A model generated the notes under the pieces. That model did no database searches and was not told where the DNA came from. It saw nothing but the letters and a program-made list of their open reading frames with translations. A program made the translations under genes and the position numbers. DNA of 64,000 nt from Podarcis vaucheri (Eukaryota), in NCBI GenBank assembly GCA_965113315.1, contig OZ220368.1. The stretch is one strand, 5' to 3'. Shown piece by piece: positions 50,621 to 63,488 of the stretch (its first letter is position 1; each line of letters starts with the position of its first letter).

Positions 50621-53600
50621 AGAGAAAAGACGGTCTAGCGACAGAAATCGAAAAGCAACCAAATAAATCAGCAGATACTTTTCCATGGCATCAGACAAAC
50701 TCCAAACAGATTGCAAAAAGTCTTTGTTAAATTAACTAAACAAGGGGTGGGGGAGGCCAAGGGGGTGGAGATAAATCTATGAAGCTACATAAACTGTCCA
50801 CTGGGTATCCGAGTTAGATCAGCACACAAATAATAATAATAATATTACTAATAATTTTAAAAAATTGTTTACTTATATTTTCAAAATCACCACTTGGCTT
50901 TATGGATAAGCATGATTCCTTGCAAGAACACCCGTCATTTGCACCGATTACTTAAATGCAAAGTGAAGCGGCAAGACCAAGAGGATCCCAATTAAAAGCT
51001 TCAGCCTTTATTCATAACAAAAACAAACAAAGCCACAACTTAGAACAAAATATAACATGTTATGCATAGCTTAGGTTTTGGTTGCTCTGATTATTAATTA
51101 TTATAATGTTATTTTTAATTACCCCAGAGGAGAACTAAAATGAAGAGAGGCTAAGATAATGCAGAATTCACCATGCATCCTTCTAGCCATCATGCAAGTG
51201 GATAAACAGAGTTGGTCACAAGCTGCAGGTGGAAAACTCATCTGCTAATTAATATAAATTTTATATTAATATACAGAACCCAGAAAAGCAAGGCAGAGTT
51301 TCTGTGTAACAAATTACTTTCCCATTCTTAATTAAAACATATAAACCACACATCCTGTACTACTAAAACAGGTTGCATTTTTGTGATCCTCCTGCTATTT
51401 CCCAATTCCAATAAATAAAATAACAGAATAAAAAAAAAATCCCTGCAGTTTGCGGAGAGAAAGAAATAACTTTTTCTTTAAGAGTTCAAGCTGTTAGGAA
51501 AGAACAGAGTTAGAAACTACAGGTTTGAGCTCTTGTTACTTTGTAATCACATAATTTTAGAAGCAGGAATTTGGAGATTTATTCCTACTGAGAAAATCCT
51601 GATAATATAAAACAAAACTATCCCAGCTGTTGGGGGGAATTAAAGTGTGCAACTGGATTATCTATTCCAACTAAACTGGATTTCCTCCTAATAAAAGAAA
51701 ACAAGAGGACAAGAACAAACAGGAGATCCCAGTGTTGAATTAAGAAAATCTATAGGTCTGTATTCCTTGTCACTGAACTTCAGGATGGTTTTGGAATTGT
51801 GAGTGTCCAAACTAGATTATGAGACGGTGGCCGGGATAGGGGGCGAGGCGGAATAAGGGCAGTGCCTTTTCGGCGTCCAAAATGCCAGTTCGGAAAGTAT
51901 TCACATTTTATGAAACCGATGGTGAATCGGGCCCCTTGGCGCAACAACAAAAGGGGCCGCCTCGCCTCTCCCCAATTCGCTTTGCGCCCCCCCAGCGCTT
52001 TGCAACAAAAAACAACAACAAGGAAAATAAAATTCAAGTACGGGGACGGGCCAAGGTACTAAAACAGATAATAGATTTCCACCCTACCCCTGCAAAATGC
52101 ATCCTTCTTTTGTTAAGCAAAGTAATAACTTGCAGAAGTCGAAGCCGCCAAAAGGCGTTTCTTAGCCATCGGTAAACAACACAAAGTAAGGAGGTTCTGA
52201 TCTGCAAATTGTGGGGCCTTCATCTCATCCTCCAGCCCCGACCCAAAAAGGGGCACGAGATGGACGCACAACGCTTCCCCAGTTAAGCGGTCGGGGAGGG
52301 GGGGGGGAGGAAGTGTAAAATTAAACTATTCAAACTCTTAAGTTTTCTGGTAGAGAAATAATACTTGATCGATTTGGATCTTAAAGTTCTGTTCCAGAAA
52401 TCTCCAATTTCCAGCAAAAGCAGAATTAATTTCATAGGAGGAGCATTAACCCGCCCTTCTCCCACTTTCTGCAGTTGCAAATCAAAACAGGTGTTTGTCC
52501 TTTTTCCGGTGCCTAAACTGAACACGAAAAGAATTCGGTCGGCTTACTACAACTTCAAACCATGTTTTATATACACACTGTTCTCTCCACATCGGGGATA
52601 TAAAAGAAAAAAGTGGGTAGAGATTTCAGAAAGTGCATTGGAGAGATACAGGAATCGGAAACTAATTCCCCGCTAATACGCCCGCTCGGCCACGCCTGGT
52701 CACTTTTTTCACTGAACACCCCCGCCAAATGCTCTGCATCGACAAAAGGGGGGGGAAATAAAAATAATAACTGTGCAAAATCGGTTTCGTAACTTTGGAA
52801 AGGAATCAAATTTTTCATTCCTTCCAGGAAATATGTGCGGAGCGGGTGGAGTGGGAGCAGAGATCTATCTCCCTTCACCCCAATCTCTACAGTCTGTTCA
52901 AGACTCGTTTTCTTTTTAAAATACTAAACAAAGCTCATCAAATGTGCGGATGCCTCGTGCTGTTTGAATTTATTGCAACAATTCCTTCCCTGCACGTTTC
53001 CTGCCTGGAAGGCGAAAGCATTCAATGCAACTCCTGAACTGGACATTGCCTAATGATTTCATTGTGCCCAAGCAGATGTTTTTTATGTATTTCGATCTAC
53101 AAGGTGAGGAATTATTTCCCCTTCCTTGCAACCTCTGTACTGACTTCCCTACCCCGCTGCAAGCAGCGGCTGCTGTTGTTTCATTTCAAAAGCTGGCCGT
53201 TCCTCGGCTTCGGGCTGAAAATGTGAAGAAAGTTTTGCTAAGGAAGCCCAGCTAAACATGCATATTCCAATTTCCTTCCACTTCCTCTCGCCAACCGGGT
53301 TTCCAGCCGGGTTCTCTATTTGCTCGCTTGCACCGGTGTTGACCCTACAACACAACATCGCTTTTGCTATGCTATTCATTGCAGGAGAATAATTGCAAAC
53401 ATACAACTAACGACCAATTTTTAAAAAAATTGTTTTGCATCTCGGAGATAAAAATGCAGGCAGAGAGGGGCTTTCTTTGAAGGAAGGAGAGTTGTTTGTC
53501 CGAACTTCAACCTTTCCTCCAAACTGCAAGCATTTCACGTGCGCAACCATCGCGGCAGCGAAAAGGAACTTGGGACAATAGGAGGAGGGGAAAAAAGGCG

Positions 53601-53771
53601 GAAAGTACGCCTTAATTGCGGTTATGTAATTTCTAATACTCAAAGTTCACATGTGCGCCCGCTCCGTAGTAAAACTGAAAGCTGCTGGGGGGATGACGAT
53701 CCTGACTCTATGCGGTGCTTTCTACGCACAGGGCAAATGCTGGATTTTTAAACATTTTGAGTTTTGTGCAA

Positions 53772-53820
53772 AAAATAATATCTACCTAGGTTGTGTCAGA
53801 AAATAATATCTACCTAGGTT
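53772..53820. repeat. Perfect 21-bp direct duplication (period 28) inside the CpG island
   Basis: aaaataatatctacctaggtt at 53772-53792 and 53800-53820. Confidence 0.9.
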
Positions 53821-54632
53821 TGTTCCTTTCGACGAAGGTCCTCTCCACCCCACCCCCCACCCCGAGTCCTGGGTATTGTTTGGGGAAACTGCGTTATTTC
53901 AGCCAAAGACCGTGGGACACGCGAAGGAAAGCCGGGAAGTATCTCCCGGGGCTTGCACAGGGATCGCTTTTCTCTCTCTCTCTCTCTCTCCCCCCCCCCC
54001 CTCTTCTCTTTCTCCTTTTTAAAACTAAATGTTATTTGCGCTAATTGGAGCCGCGCGGTTTTCGGCTGCGTTTTGCAGGCTTCTTCCCCCGGCACCTGAT
54101 CCCACCCAGCCCCCTCCCCGTGTTGCCTGCTCCCCCCCCCCCAGTAAAATAAACAGCAGCAGCGGGAGGAGGAGAGTCCCGGGAACACATCTACCCTTAA
54201 AAGGGGAGGGGGCACCATATTGATTAGATTTTTGTTGTTGTTGTTTTTTTAAAAAACACACTCATTAATATTCCACCCCCCTCCCCCGCGCTTTTTCAGC
54301 ATCCCCACCCCTGGACCCCGATGAGCATCTTCTTCCGTGGGAATTTTGCGCCGAGGAGCTGGGCGTGGAGAAAAAAATGGAGAGGCAAACTTGGTTCAGA
54401 AAGTTTGACTTTTCGAAACATCGGCGCCCGCATTTGCGAGAGAAGTAAAAAAAGAATAAGAATAAGAAAGGGGGGAAAGTACGAGGGCAGAGAACTGAAT
54501 CGAAACCCCGGAGATCCCGTTGTAAAGTTAGCTCGACACATACGTTTAGGCACAAACACACGCGCGCACAAACAATGCACCATGCTACCCATGGCTTCCT
54601 CGCATGCACCCCTGGGATCTCCCGCTACTCAC

Positions 54633-54860
54633 CGTGAAAATTCCTCGAGAGGTGGCGTCCCCCTTTAATGTCAGGCTGCGGAGAGCGAGAGCCTGGGCTG
54701 CTGCTGCTGCGCGGGGAAGAGAGCCGGACGTGCTAAGCCCGGCGCGTGTGTGCAAGCGCCTTCGGCCAGCATGGGAGTGAGCAGGAGCCTGACACGGCTG
54801 CTGGGAGCCAAGGAGAGCGCAGCGCTGCCTCTCGAAGCTGCCTCTAATCAGTGAATGAGC
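54633..54860 (-). other. RNF220: Probable non-coding exon 1 of RNF220 (5' boundary approximate)
   Basis: Strong donor CACG|GTGAGT (+ strand actcac 54627-54632) lies inside the CpG island. An Inr-like CTCATT near 54856 sits just downstream of a (TG)/(AG) repeat. The implied intron 1 is 47861-54632. Confidence 0.7.
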
Positions 54861-54887
54861 CTCCACTCTCCCAGGGACTCCTAGCTG

Positions 54888-54976
54888 CTCTCTCTCTCTT
54901 CTCACTCACACACACTCACGCTCGCTCTCGCTCTCAAACACACACACACACACTCTCTCTCTCTCTCACACACACA
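54888..54976. repeat. Compound (CT)n/(CA)n microsatellite immediately upstream of the putative TSS
   Basis: Read directly from the sequence. Confidence 0.9.
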
Positions 54977-56137
54977 GAGGCACAGAGAGCCGGCCTGAGA
55001 ACGGAATACATTAGGGCAGGGAGGAAGCCTGGGAAATGGAGTCCACAGCTGGGACGCACAGCTGCTCAGGGATGAGCCCGTCCGTCACCCCCCCCCTCCT
55101 GCCCCACACCGAGCAAGGCATGAACTTTGGCTGGGAGCTGGCGAAGGGGGTCGGGGAGGTTAGGGTCGAGCTGTTTTCGCGTTTCAAACTCAGGGTGGTT
55201 GGGGGTGAGCGAGCACATCCCGTCTAGGATGGAGTTCTTTTCACCAGTAACGCTTAAATCTGCCTTTCCATTTCTGTGATTTCTTCGATTTAAAAGCAGC
55301 TCTTCTGCTTTCTCCCACATCAACAGCATTCAACATTCTCCTTTGCAAAGGCTTAAATTGGCCTGCAGTGCTAATGGTACCGCTTTTATCTGTCTGTTCA
55401 TAGACATGTAACACTAAAGGTGACGATCTCGTTTGTTTGTTTTAGTACCTTGATATTCCCCACCCCCTTTACATTTAAATCACCTCTTGCTTAAATTAGT
55501 CTGTAACTCTGAAGTCAAGCCTACATTGTCTGCTACAGGTCAGGACAACATTTGATTTCTCATCTGGTTGCAGCGCTGAATTGACAACACCTGCATACTG
55601 CACACATATCCCAAGTGAAGTTCATAGGTCCTTTCCAAACTCTATTGTGAAAATGTGTTACAGGCTAAAAGTTGTCCTCATAAGTAAGATACACTGAGGG
55701 TACTGCCAGTGTTTATGGTGGGATGCATGCAGAGTTTTCACAGCATCCATAGCTTCAAAACACCAGTGTGTATTTAACCCTTATTTAATCCAGATTTACC
55801 TGTTCAGGTGGGAGGGGAGAGTAAAGTTAAAAAAAACTGTTGCCAACAACCCATTTGCAATATCTAAAACTACCCTTTTACAATACGAAGCCCCATACCT
55901 GGAAGCACCCTGAGTACAATAGAACTTACTCTCTAGCATGAGTGCTTGGGACACAAGTGTCACTTGTGAACAACACCATGACAAGTCTGAGTTTTAATAG
56001 TAAGAGAGTCATATAGGCGGCAGCACTTGGTCTTGAGTACCATAAGATATTAGGTGCATTTGATATATGGCCTGACTATGGGACTCTTGGCCTGTCCACC
56101 TTAGGAGATAGTCGTTTACTTCCTGGTTACTCTAGTG

Positions 56138-56532
56138 CAGTGGTTTTCAACCAATGTGCCATGGCACACTGGGGTGCCTTGAATGATGGTCAGGGGTGCT
56201 GTGAGCAACGCTGGCATTTGTCCCTCTTTCTTTCCCCACTGATGCCCTTTCACGTCTCTGCCTCCCAAAGGCTTGCACAGCTGTTTACTGAAGCAGCCCT
56301 TGCTACAAGCTCCATAGGCACCTCTCTTTGGGGTGGGCAGCTCAGAAACCTGGGGAGGGGAGAGTAGAGGAGACTGATGGAACACCACAAGGGAGTGTTC
56401 GAAAAGGGGTGAGGGGCTGCCAGCTCTGAAGGCAAGGGGTGATATAAGTAGCTCCAGAGCCCCACCGGGATGCTGCAGAAAGAATGTAGTTGGCTAAGGA
56501 AGCCATGGAATCAAATAGGTTGAAAACCTCTG
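56138..56532. mobile_element. Non-autonomous hAT element, 395 bp
   Basis: TIRs cagtggttttcaacc / ggttgaaaacctctg. Perfect 8-bp TSD CTCTAGTG at 56130-56137 and 56533-56540. The subterminal gtgccatggcacact is related to the 31877 element. Confidence 0.92.
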
Positions 56533-58276
56533 CTCTAGTGGTTTGTTTGTTATTTAACCAGTTAGTTCCAGAGACCAACAGAGCTATATATGAGGCTTCT
56601 TTACATAGACTGGTTTTGTTACTTACTTTATGTGTATTGATTTTAACTGGCGCTTCTGGTTCTAGTACTGTTGTGTGTCATATTCCCTTTCCCCCTATAC
56701 ATTTTAGTCTCTCCCCATATGAAAGTAATTCCAGACCCTTAAAAATTGTTATTGTGTTTCACTGCATCATTACCAGCTCTCCTTCTTCCGGACTTTCTGA
56801 TTCACAGCATATCCAAATTCATCACCGTTTCCTTGTGCACAGAACCACCACCTAGCTACCATCAGCCTTACTTAGAACAACAAACTTTGTCAGGCACTGA
56901 TCTAATTGCCTCGGCGACATTCCATGGCGTTCCTTACCATCACTGGAAAGTAAGACGTATTGGAAAACAGATTTAGAAGCTGGCTAGGTTGGTGATGTCC
57001 TTTGTTGCATGTAGAAATCGGTGGCAGGTGCAAGACTTTAACACAGTGTTTTACTGTCATGTTCACATGAAGTATTGTGCTAAGATACAAAGGAATCCTT
57101 TCAACCCCATATCTATTTTCTGTACCAGGGATAGTGAACCTGTTGGATTGCACCTCCATTCATCCCTGGCCATTGGTCATGTTGGTTGGGGGTGGGAACC
57201 AGAGTCCCATAATGTCTGGACCATGGGCTCCTTACCTCCATCATCAACAGGATTTCTCTGACCTGTAACTTGCATCATGAGGCAAACTGCACCCTCCCTT
57301 CACTGCCTGTGTTCAGAATTTGTTGTAAAATGTATTAATTGTAGCAGAGCCCAATCTCTGCTCGAGGTTTTCCCACAGGCATCTGGTTGGTCACTGTGAA
57401 AACACCATGCTGGATCAGATGTCCTTACAATGTGGAAGGTGGGGCAGGCAGGACAGAGTGTTGTTACTGCTCCACTGGCCTCTGTTGCCAGAGAGGAGCA
57501 CTGTTGGTTCAGAGAGCTTTGCCCAGGGGTTGATGTGGGGCACCAGCAGCCACATGGGGTCCCAAAGAGCCCTAATTCTTCAACTATACCAGCCTGAAAC
57601 TAAAGTAAAATTTAAAAAACTCCAGAAAGAAATGCACACTCATCTATTGAGTCAGCAGACATGGGATGCAGCAGTCAGTCAACTGCTCTGCCTTGCTGCT
57701 CCCTGGACAGGATTTGGGTTTTCTGTTCATCTGAGCTGGGGTATCCAACAACAGGAAACCAGGCTTAGTGCTGTTTGATAAGCTGCTCACACACAGGTGA
57801 TTATGGTCCATGTCAGTGCTTCCAGGTCATTGACAGAATCTTCAGGATTCTTGAGAACTTCTCCAGGCAAATTTTAAGCCAGGGTTCCCACTTTTTAGAA
57901 ATTATCTTTTGGAAGCTGTTTTGTGTTGATCCTCTAAACTGCTGAAATCAGAAGTTTAAGGACCAGGGCAGGGCAGGAGAAACAGTTTCCATTAAATGGA
58001 AAGTACTTTCTCCTCTTTAAGCAAGGTGCAAAATTGCTTCCAAAGGGCTTCCAAAAAGTCCAGTGCTGCACTTTGAAGATGAGGACAAGATATTGTGGAT
58101 GATGCAACAAACATGCAAACCAGGGAAGCATTTGATCCACTTTAAACTTCTGGTATACACTGCCTACATCTGTTGCAAGTAACATGAGTGATGCGAGGGT
58201 AGAGAAACATAATGTGGGAACTCAGGGATGGATTACATCCTCTGCTTAATCCTGGTTGGAATTACTATTATTGCTA

Positions 58277-58612
58277 TTGTTGTTGTTGTTGTTGTTTTGT
58301 TGTTGTTATACCCTGCCCATCTGGCTGGGTTTCTCCAGCCACTCTGGGCAGCTCACAGCATATTTGAGAACATACTAAAACATCAAACATTAAAAACTTC
58401 CCGATCCAGGGCTGCCTTCAGATGTCTTCTAAAAGTCAGATTGTTGTTTATTTTCTTGACATCTGAAGGGAGGGTGTTCCACAGAGAGGGCACCACTACC
58501 GAGAAGGCCCTCTGCCTGATTCCCTGTAACCTCACTTCTCGTAGTGAAGGAACCAGTAGAAGACCTTCTGAGGAGGACCTCAGGGTCTGGGCTGAACAAT
58601 GGGGGAAGAGAC
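58277..58612 (-). mobile_element. L2 LINE 3' fragment with (AAC)n tail
   Basis: Encodes ...LRSSSEGLLLVP...RAFSVVVPSLWNTLP...FRRHLKAAL (L2 ORF2 C-terminus), then the 3' stem-loop tggctgg/ccagcca and a simple-repeat tail. Confidence 0.88.
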
Positions 58613-58787
58613 GCTTCTGCAAAACCTGAATATCAGGAAAGACAGCAATATTGTCCTACAATACAACTCAAAATATGGAAGGTTGTAATTATCTATCCAA
58701 AAGTGCCAGCAGGAATTAAATTCTGCAAGTATACTGGGTGTGGGGAAAACCTTAAAGTGAAAATTACCCTTGTGAAACACCTTAAGA

Positions 58788-58923
58788 CAGGCATTCCCAA
58801 CCTTCGGCCCTCCAGATGTTTTGGCCTACAATTCCCCTCATCCCTGACCACTGGTCCTGTTAGCTAGGGATCATGGGAGTTGTAGGCCAAAACATCTGAA
58901 GGGCCGCAGGTTGGGGATGCCTG
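58788..58923. mobile_element. URR1-like hAT-Charlie palindromic MITE, 136 bp
   Basis: Long fold-back caggcattcccaacc...ggttggggatgcctg. Perfect 8-bp TSD CCTTAAGA at 58780-58787 and 58924-58931. Confidence 0.93.
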
Positions 58924-59489
58924 CCTTAAGATCTATTAGCAGGCAAGACTTTATAAATGACTGGTTTGTGGGGGAAATCAGTGGGTAAGAAATCAAGCCT
59001 CACAGCAATGCTACTCTTAAACAAAACTTTTGCACGTAACAAATGTGAGAAAATATTTGGCCAATTCTCAAAAAAAGGAAGTAAAAACAAAAATATAATT
59101 TGTGCCTGAACCCCAACCCCAATGTGTTAGATGTGTGGACTGCAAGAAGGTGTTTGTTTTACAAAATAAATTCATTAAGCACCAGAACATCCATGCAAGA
59201 CACTGACAGATGCCACACAGTCTGACTAAATCAACATGTCCTCGTGGAGAGCAAAGAAGCAGAGCAGAGTTGTGATCATTCAGTGCTAATGATTGAGCAG
59301 TTGACAAAGATGGGGAGAACACTGACATATTTCTTTTTTTCTACCAAGCAGTCAGCTCTATGCAAGAAATTCAGAAGCAGCTTGGTGTCTGTCCACCTAG
59401 CAATGATCTTATCAGTGGAGGCTCTTACACTAGGGCTACTAGGGCCTAGCCCTCCCAAGGAAAACATCAAGCAATGGGACACCTTGACA

Positions 59490-59698
59490 GAAGCCGGAGT
59501 GCATGGAAATGCCATTTACCTCCCATTGCAGTGGTACCTATTTCTCTACTTGAACTAGTGTACATTAGAACTGTCATGTTGGCAGAAGCTGCGACAGAGC
59601 AACAGGAGTTCACCCTGTCACATGGATTTGAACCACCAACCTTCCTATCAGCAAACCCAAGAGGCTCAGTGGTTTAGACCACAGCGCCACCCGCTCCC
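59490..59698 (-). mobile_element. Sauria SINE, 5' part with tRNA-derived head
   Basis: Minus strand gggagcgggtggcgctgtggtctaaaccactgagcc...ggttcaaatcc (A and B boxes)...gtagagaaataggtaccact overlaps in sequence with the copy at 893-1134. Confidence 0.85.
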
Positions 59699-62600
59699 TC
59701 CATAGTATAACACTGTATAACACTAGGGAGAACTGGTGACCAACAAACCTCCCTAACTCAGGTGCTCAGTGTCCAAGTCCTGTAACTTCATGATGGGCAC
59801 CTATCTTTATTGCAAATCCATCTGAGAAAAAAACCCCATAACTTCCATTTTTGCTGTACAGATGACTTTAATTTTATGTATGTGACTTAACCCAGTAAAT
59901 CTTTTTTTTAATGGGATGTCATTGTGTTTTGCAATATATTTGCAATATATATAGTATAACATAGGTATGTCATTGTGTCACTAGATTATGTGTTTGAATT
60001 AGATTGGCTTGCTGTAAGATTTTTTTTTTCTGGAATTCCTTATTGCTGATTTTTGAGGGGAGGGATAGTTTTCTATCTGTTTTAAAATGATTGTTTTAAG
60101 TGCTGCTTTATCTAATTATATTTTTGTTGACTTTCTGATTTTAGATTGCTTTACCCAGCAATTTTGTTGCCCTTAATATTTGAATTCAATCAGCCATTAA
60201 TTAAATAGCAAAACAAGGCAATGCCTTCTCAACTATTGATAACTGTTTGCTGTTGCTATAGTTTTTAGTTACCTGCATAATCTTATAGATATTTTCTCAA
60301 ATCGTTTATTAGTCTGAATACTTTTTTGACTTAGTGAAAATGTATTTCTTTAAAAAATGTGAAATGTTCACAATTACAATTTATATTCTTATTTCAACAA
60401 TAAAGTTGTATTAGACCTTTTCAAAGTGCCTGTATTTAACAAAACTTACAAATTCTAAAGTCAAATGCAGTTAGTCCCCTGAACAGAAAAGTGCAACAAT
60501 TATAAGTTTGCGTCTCATTTCCCCCCAGTTAATCAGCCACTGGTGGTCTTCAGAGAACCATGAGCTGCTGCATGTCTTTGGCAAATTATAGGCCTCCACA
60601 GACCCAAGTAGTTTTACTGTATCTTTGCTTTGCTCCTACTGTGATTGGTTCTTTTCTGTCCTTTCCTGTTCCTATACTGTATTGCTTTTCCTTCCTGCTA
60701 GCTGAATTTGTCTGTTCATCAAAGCACCTCACATGTGCAACTCACAGATACTACATCATATTCCGCCCATCTGCTCATGCTCCATTTCCTGGTCCTGCAG
60801 CCCTTTACCTAATTAATTTAATTTAGAACTACCAACTTTCCTGCCTACTCATACTTACCTGATCTATTGAGACAACCCACCTTACTCAAACTCCTTGCAA
60901 AGACTCCAATTCTAAGCATGCTGCATAGGATCCCTCCAATAAACGACACTCACCATTAAAGTCATCCAAATACGTTGTCTTTGGACTAGCACATTCTTTC
61001 CGGAAACTGCTGAAATCCACAATAGTGACTGTGCGTTCCACAAGCCTGAAACCAAGCAGAATTTTTAGTGTGCTGTTGAAATTAAGCTGCGGTCAGCACA
61101 TTTTCCATTGTTTTTGCACATCTCCTGGGCTGCTACGAACCACACACTTTATGTCACCTCAGAGTCAGACCACTTAGCTTATCATCACCCTTCCCACTGC
61201 CACCCTGAATGCGATTAAACTTTGGGATGATGGGAATAAAATGAGCCAAGCAATAAGCTTTCCCCTTTTACACATACAATATTCCAAAATAAAAATGATG
61301 CAACATTCCAAGTCTCTGAAATCAGTGAGATGCTGTGGCTGGGGGGCGAAATCTCTAGGCACTTTACATCTTCCTTGTTAACAGCAGGAGCAGCTGCACT
61401 ATTCCAAATGGCCATATTATGGCAGTCCCAGCAACATTACTCAGGGAAGCATACCACTGAAAAATGTCAACAACGAGGCAAAGTATGATACGTGCATGCT
61501 AGAGGATAGGAAGTCAGATGCATTTAGTATTTTCAGCAGGAACCTTAAAAATGTAAATTGATAAGAATACATGTTGGTTTCTGTAATAATAATAATTATA
61601 ATTATAATAATAATGTCAACATTGGGTCCTGTAGATTATCTGGAAGACCTGATACAGAACTATTGATAAAGCAAAGCAGATATTGACCAATGGGAGACCA
61701 CTGGTAGTCCCACAAAATAATTAGATATAAATGTAATTTCATTACTTTTTCAACATTAAAATAATGGGGTCAACAACATTAGGTACATTAAAAAAAATTA
61801 AAATTACATGCCTTTTTTTTTACGGAATTCAGAATTGTGTTCAAATAATTTTGTTCAGCTTTTCAAATGTCAAACATGTAATAATAATTGCACATATTCA
61901 TTTTATTTTGTATACTCTTGAACTTTGAGGGTGGCTGGGCTGGGTGGAGGGGCACCTCTGCCCAATACACTCCCCCCAAGCACACCCAGTCCAGCTGAAA
62001 AAAGGGTTTGGATTCCATTGCCAAGTCCTCATATTGCATCTGTAACATATATGTGAATTTGCCAAGTTGAATCTGAAGTCTTTTGATGTTTCAGAAGCTG
62101 GATATGCAAACAACCCATCCACAGAAAACATTTTAATGAATAGGAAGACACATCAATCACTATTCCATGTCAGCAAAATGTAAGATATAGCTTTCAGCTT
62201 CAGAACCTTATTTAAAAATATTACAAAAGCAACATTTGCCGAGAATAGCAGCATATAAATATATTAAAATAAAAATTGGTTCCTATATGTTTTTGGTAGT
62301 GATCTTGTGTATTTCCAAATTCATAAGTATGCTGTCAGTAGTACTTCCAACTTTGGAAGGATATTTATTGGGGGGGGGGGAAATCCCATTTAAAATTACA
62401 TTCAATGATTTTTGAAGTGTGTATGTATGCACAAAAGTGCAGATTTTGTGTGTCTGTTAGAAAGAGTTGAGGAGGGAGGAACTGGATATATCAACTTCAC
62501 ATTAGTCAGGGACAATTATAAGTGCAGTCTTTCTTATGAACATGTTTTCCAAATCCAAAGGAGACTACAAGAGCTTCAAATCCTTCAAGTATTGAAAACA

Positions 62601-63113
62601 CATGTGTAACTTTATCCAAATTAATAATCCCTTTTGAGAAAAGTTGAACATATGTTTAAGTGCTCTTGAGATCAGGTACTTTAATACCCTACTACTGTGA
62701 TGACAAATCATAGGAAAGAATTAAATATTACAGTCCTGGATTCTCTTATTCCTAAGGAGGAAGCCTTGGTACTCAGAAATGTAATGACTGTAGTCATTCC
62801 TTCCCTTTTTATAACTCACTGCAAGGGTATGGGCTTAGCAGATACATTCTTTTGAACCACTAGAAACACACACACACACACACAACCCAACAGGTTTATT
62901 GCTATATCATGTTCTATAGGCATCTATCATGTTGCTTTTAGTGCATCCTTACGTTTAGGAGCTAGAACTTCCAAAAGCACCTGGATATGGGCACTGTTTA
63001 GGATTCTTTAGGAAGGTTCCTGCTAAGGAAAGGACTGCAAGCTAGATGGACCATTGGTCTGACCTAATTTGGCTTTTCTGATATGCTATTCCAAATAACC
63101 AAAACATTAAATA

Positions 63114-63488
63114 CTGTATTGGCCTGAATATAAGCCTCACTTTCCCCCCAAATTCCGATCATGAAAAGTTAAAGTGCGGCTTATATTCGCAACCTTACGG
63201 TATGCAGCCAGGAGCGCAGGGCAAACAGCGCCAGGAGCGTGGCAAAGCGGTGCCCGCCCCATGCTTGGTTTCCTGTCCTCTTCCCCAAGGCCAAGAAGGG
63301 AGAGAGCGAGGAAGGGTAAAAGCCGAAGGCAACACAGTGTGGCTCCCCCCTCCCCTGTTCAGTATGCAGCCAAGAGCAGAGAGGAATGGAGCGGCTTAAA
63401 TTCGGGTATTTTTTCTTTTCTCTCCCCCCCCCCCAATTTTAAAGGTGCAACTTATATTTGGGTGTGGCTTATATTTGGGTCAATATGG
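63114..63488. mobile_element. Tc1/mariner-superfamily non-autonomous element with GC-rich interior
   Basis: Ends ctgtattggcctgaatataagcc / ggcttatatttgggtcaatatgg (CpG-decayed inverted repeats), flanked by TA at 63112-63113 and 63489-63490. Confidence 0.82.

Larger units (their letters stand above)
51800..55250. promoter_or_regulatory. CpG-rich promoter region of RNF220 extending into intron 1
   Basis: CpG dinucleotides and GC/G-runs rise markedly compared with the CpG-depleted flanks. The region is free of recognisable transposons and surrounds the putative exon 1. Confidence 0.8.

Noticed and set aside
59590-59698. tRNA gene (A/B boxes; also 29866-29981)
   Set aside because: The boxes continue into SINE body sequence and there is no complete cloverleaf.
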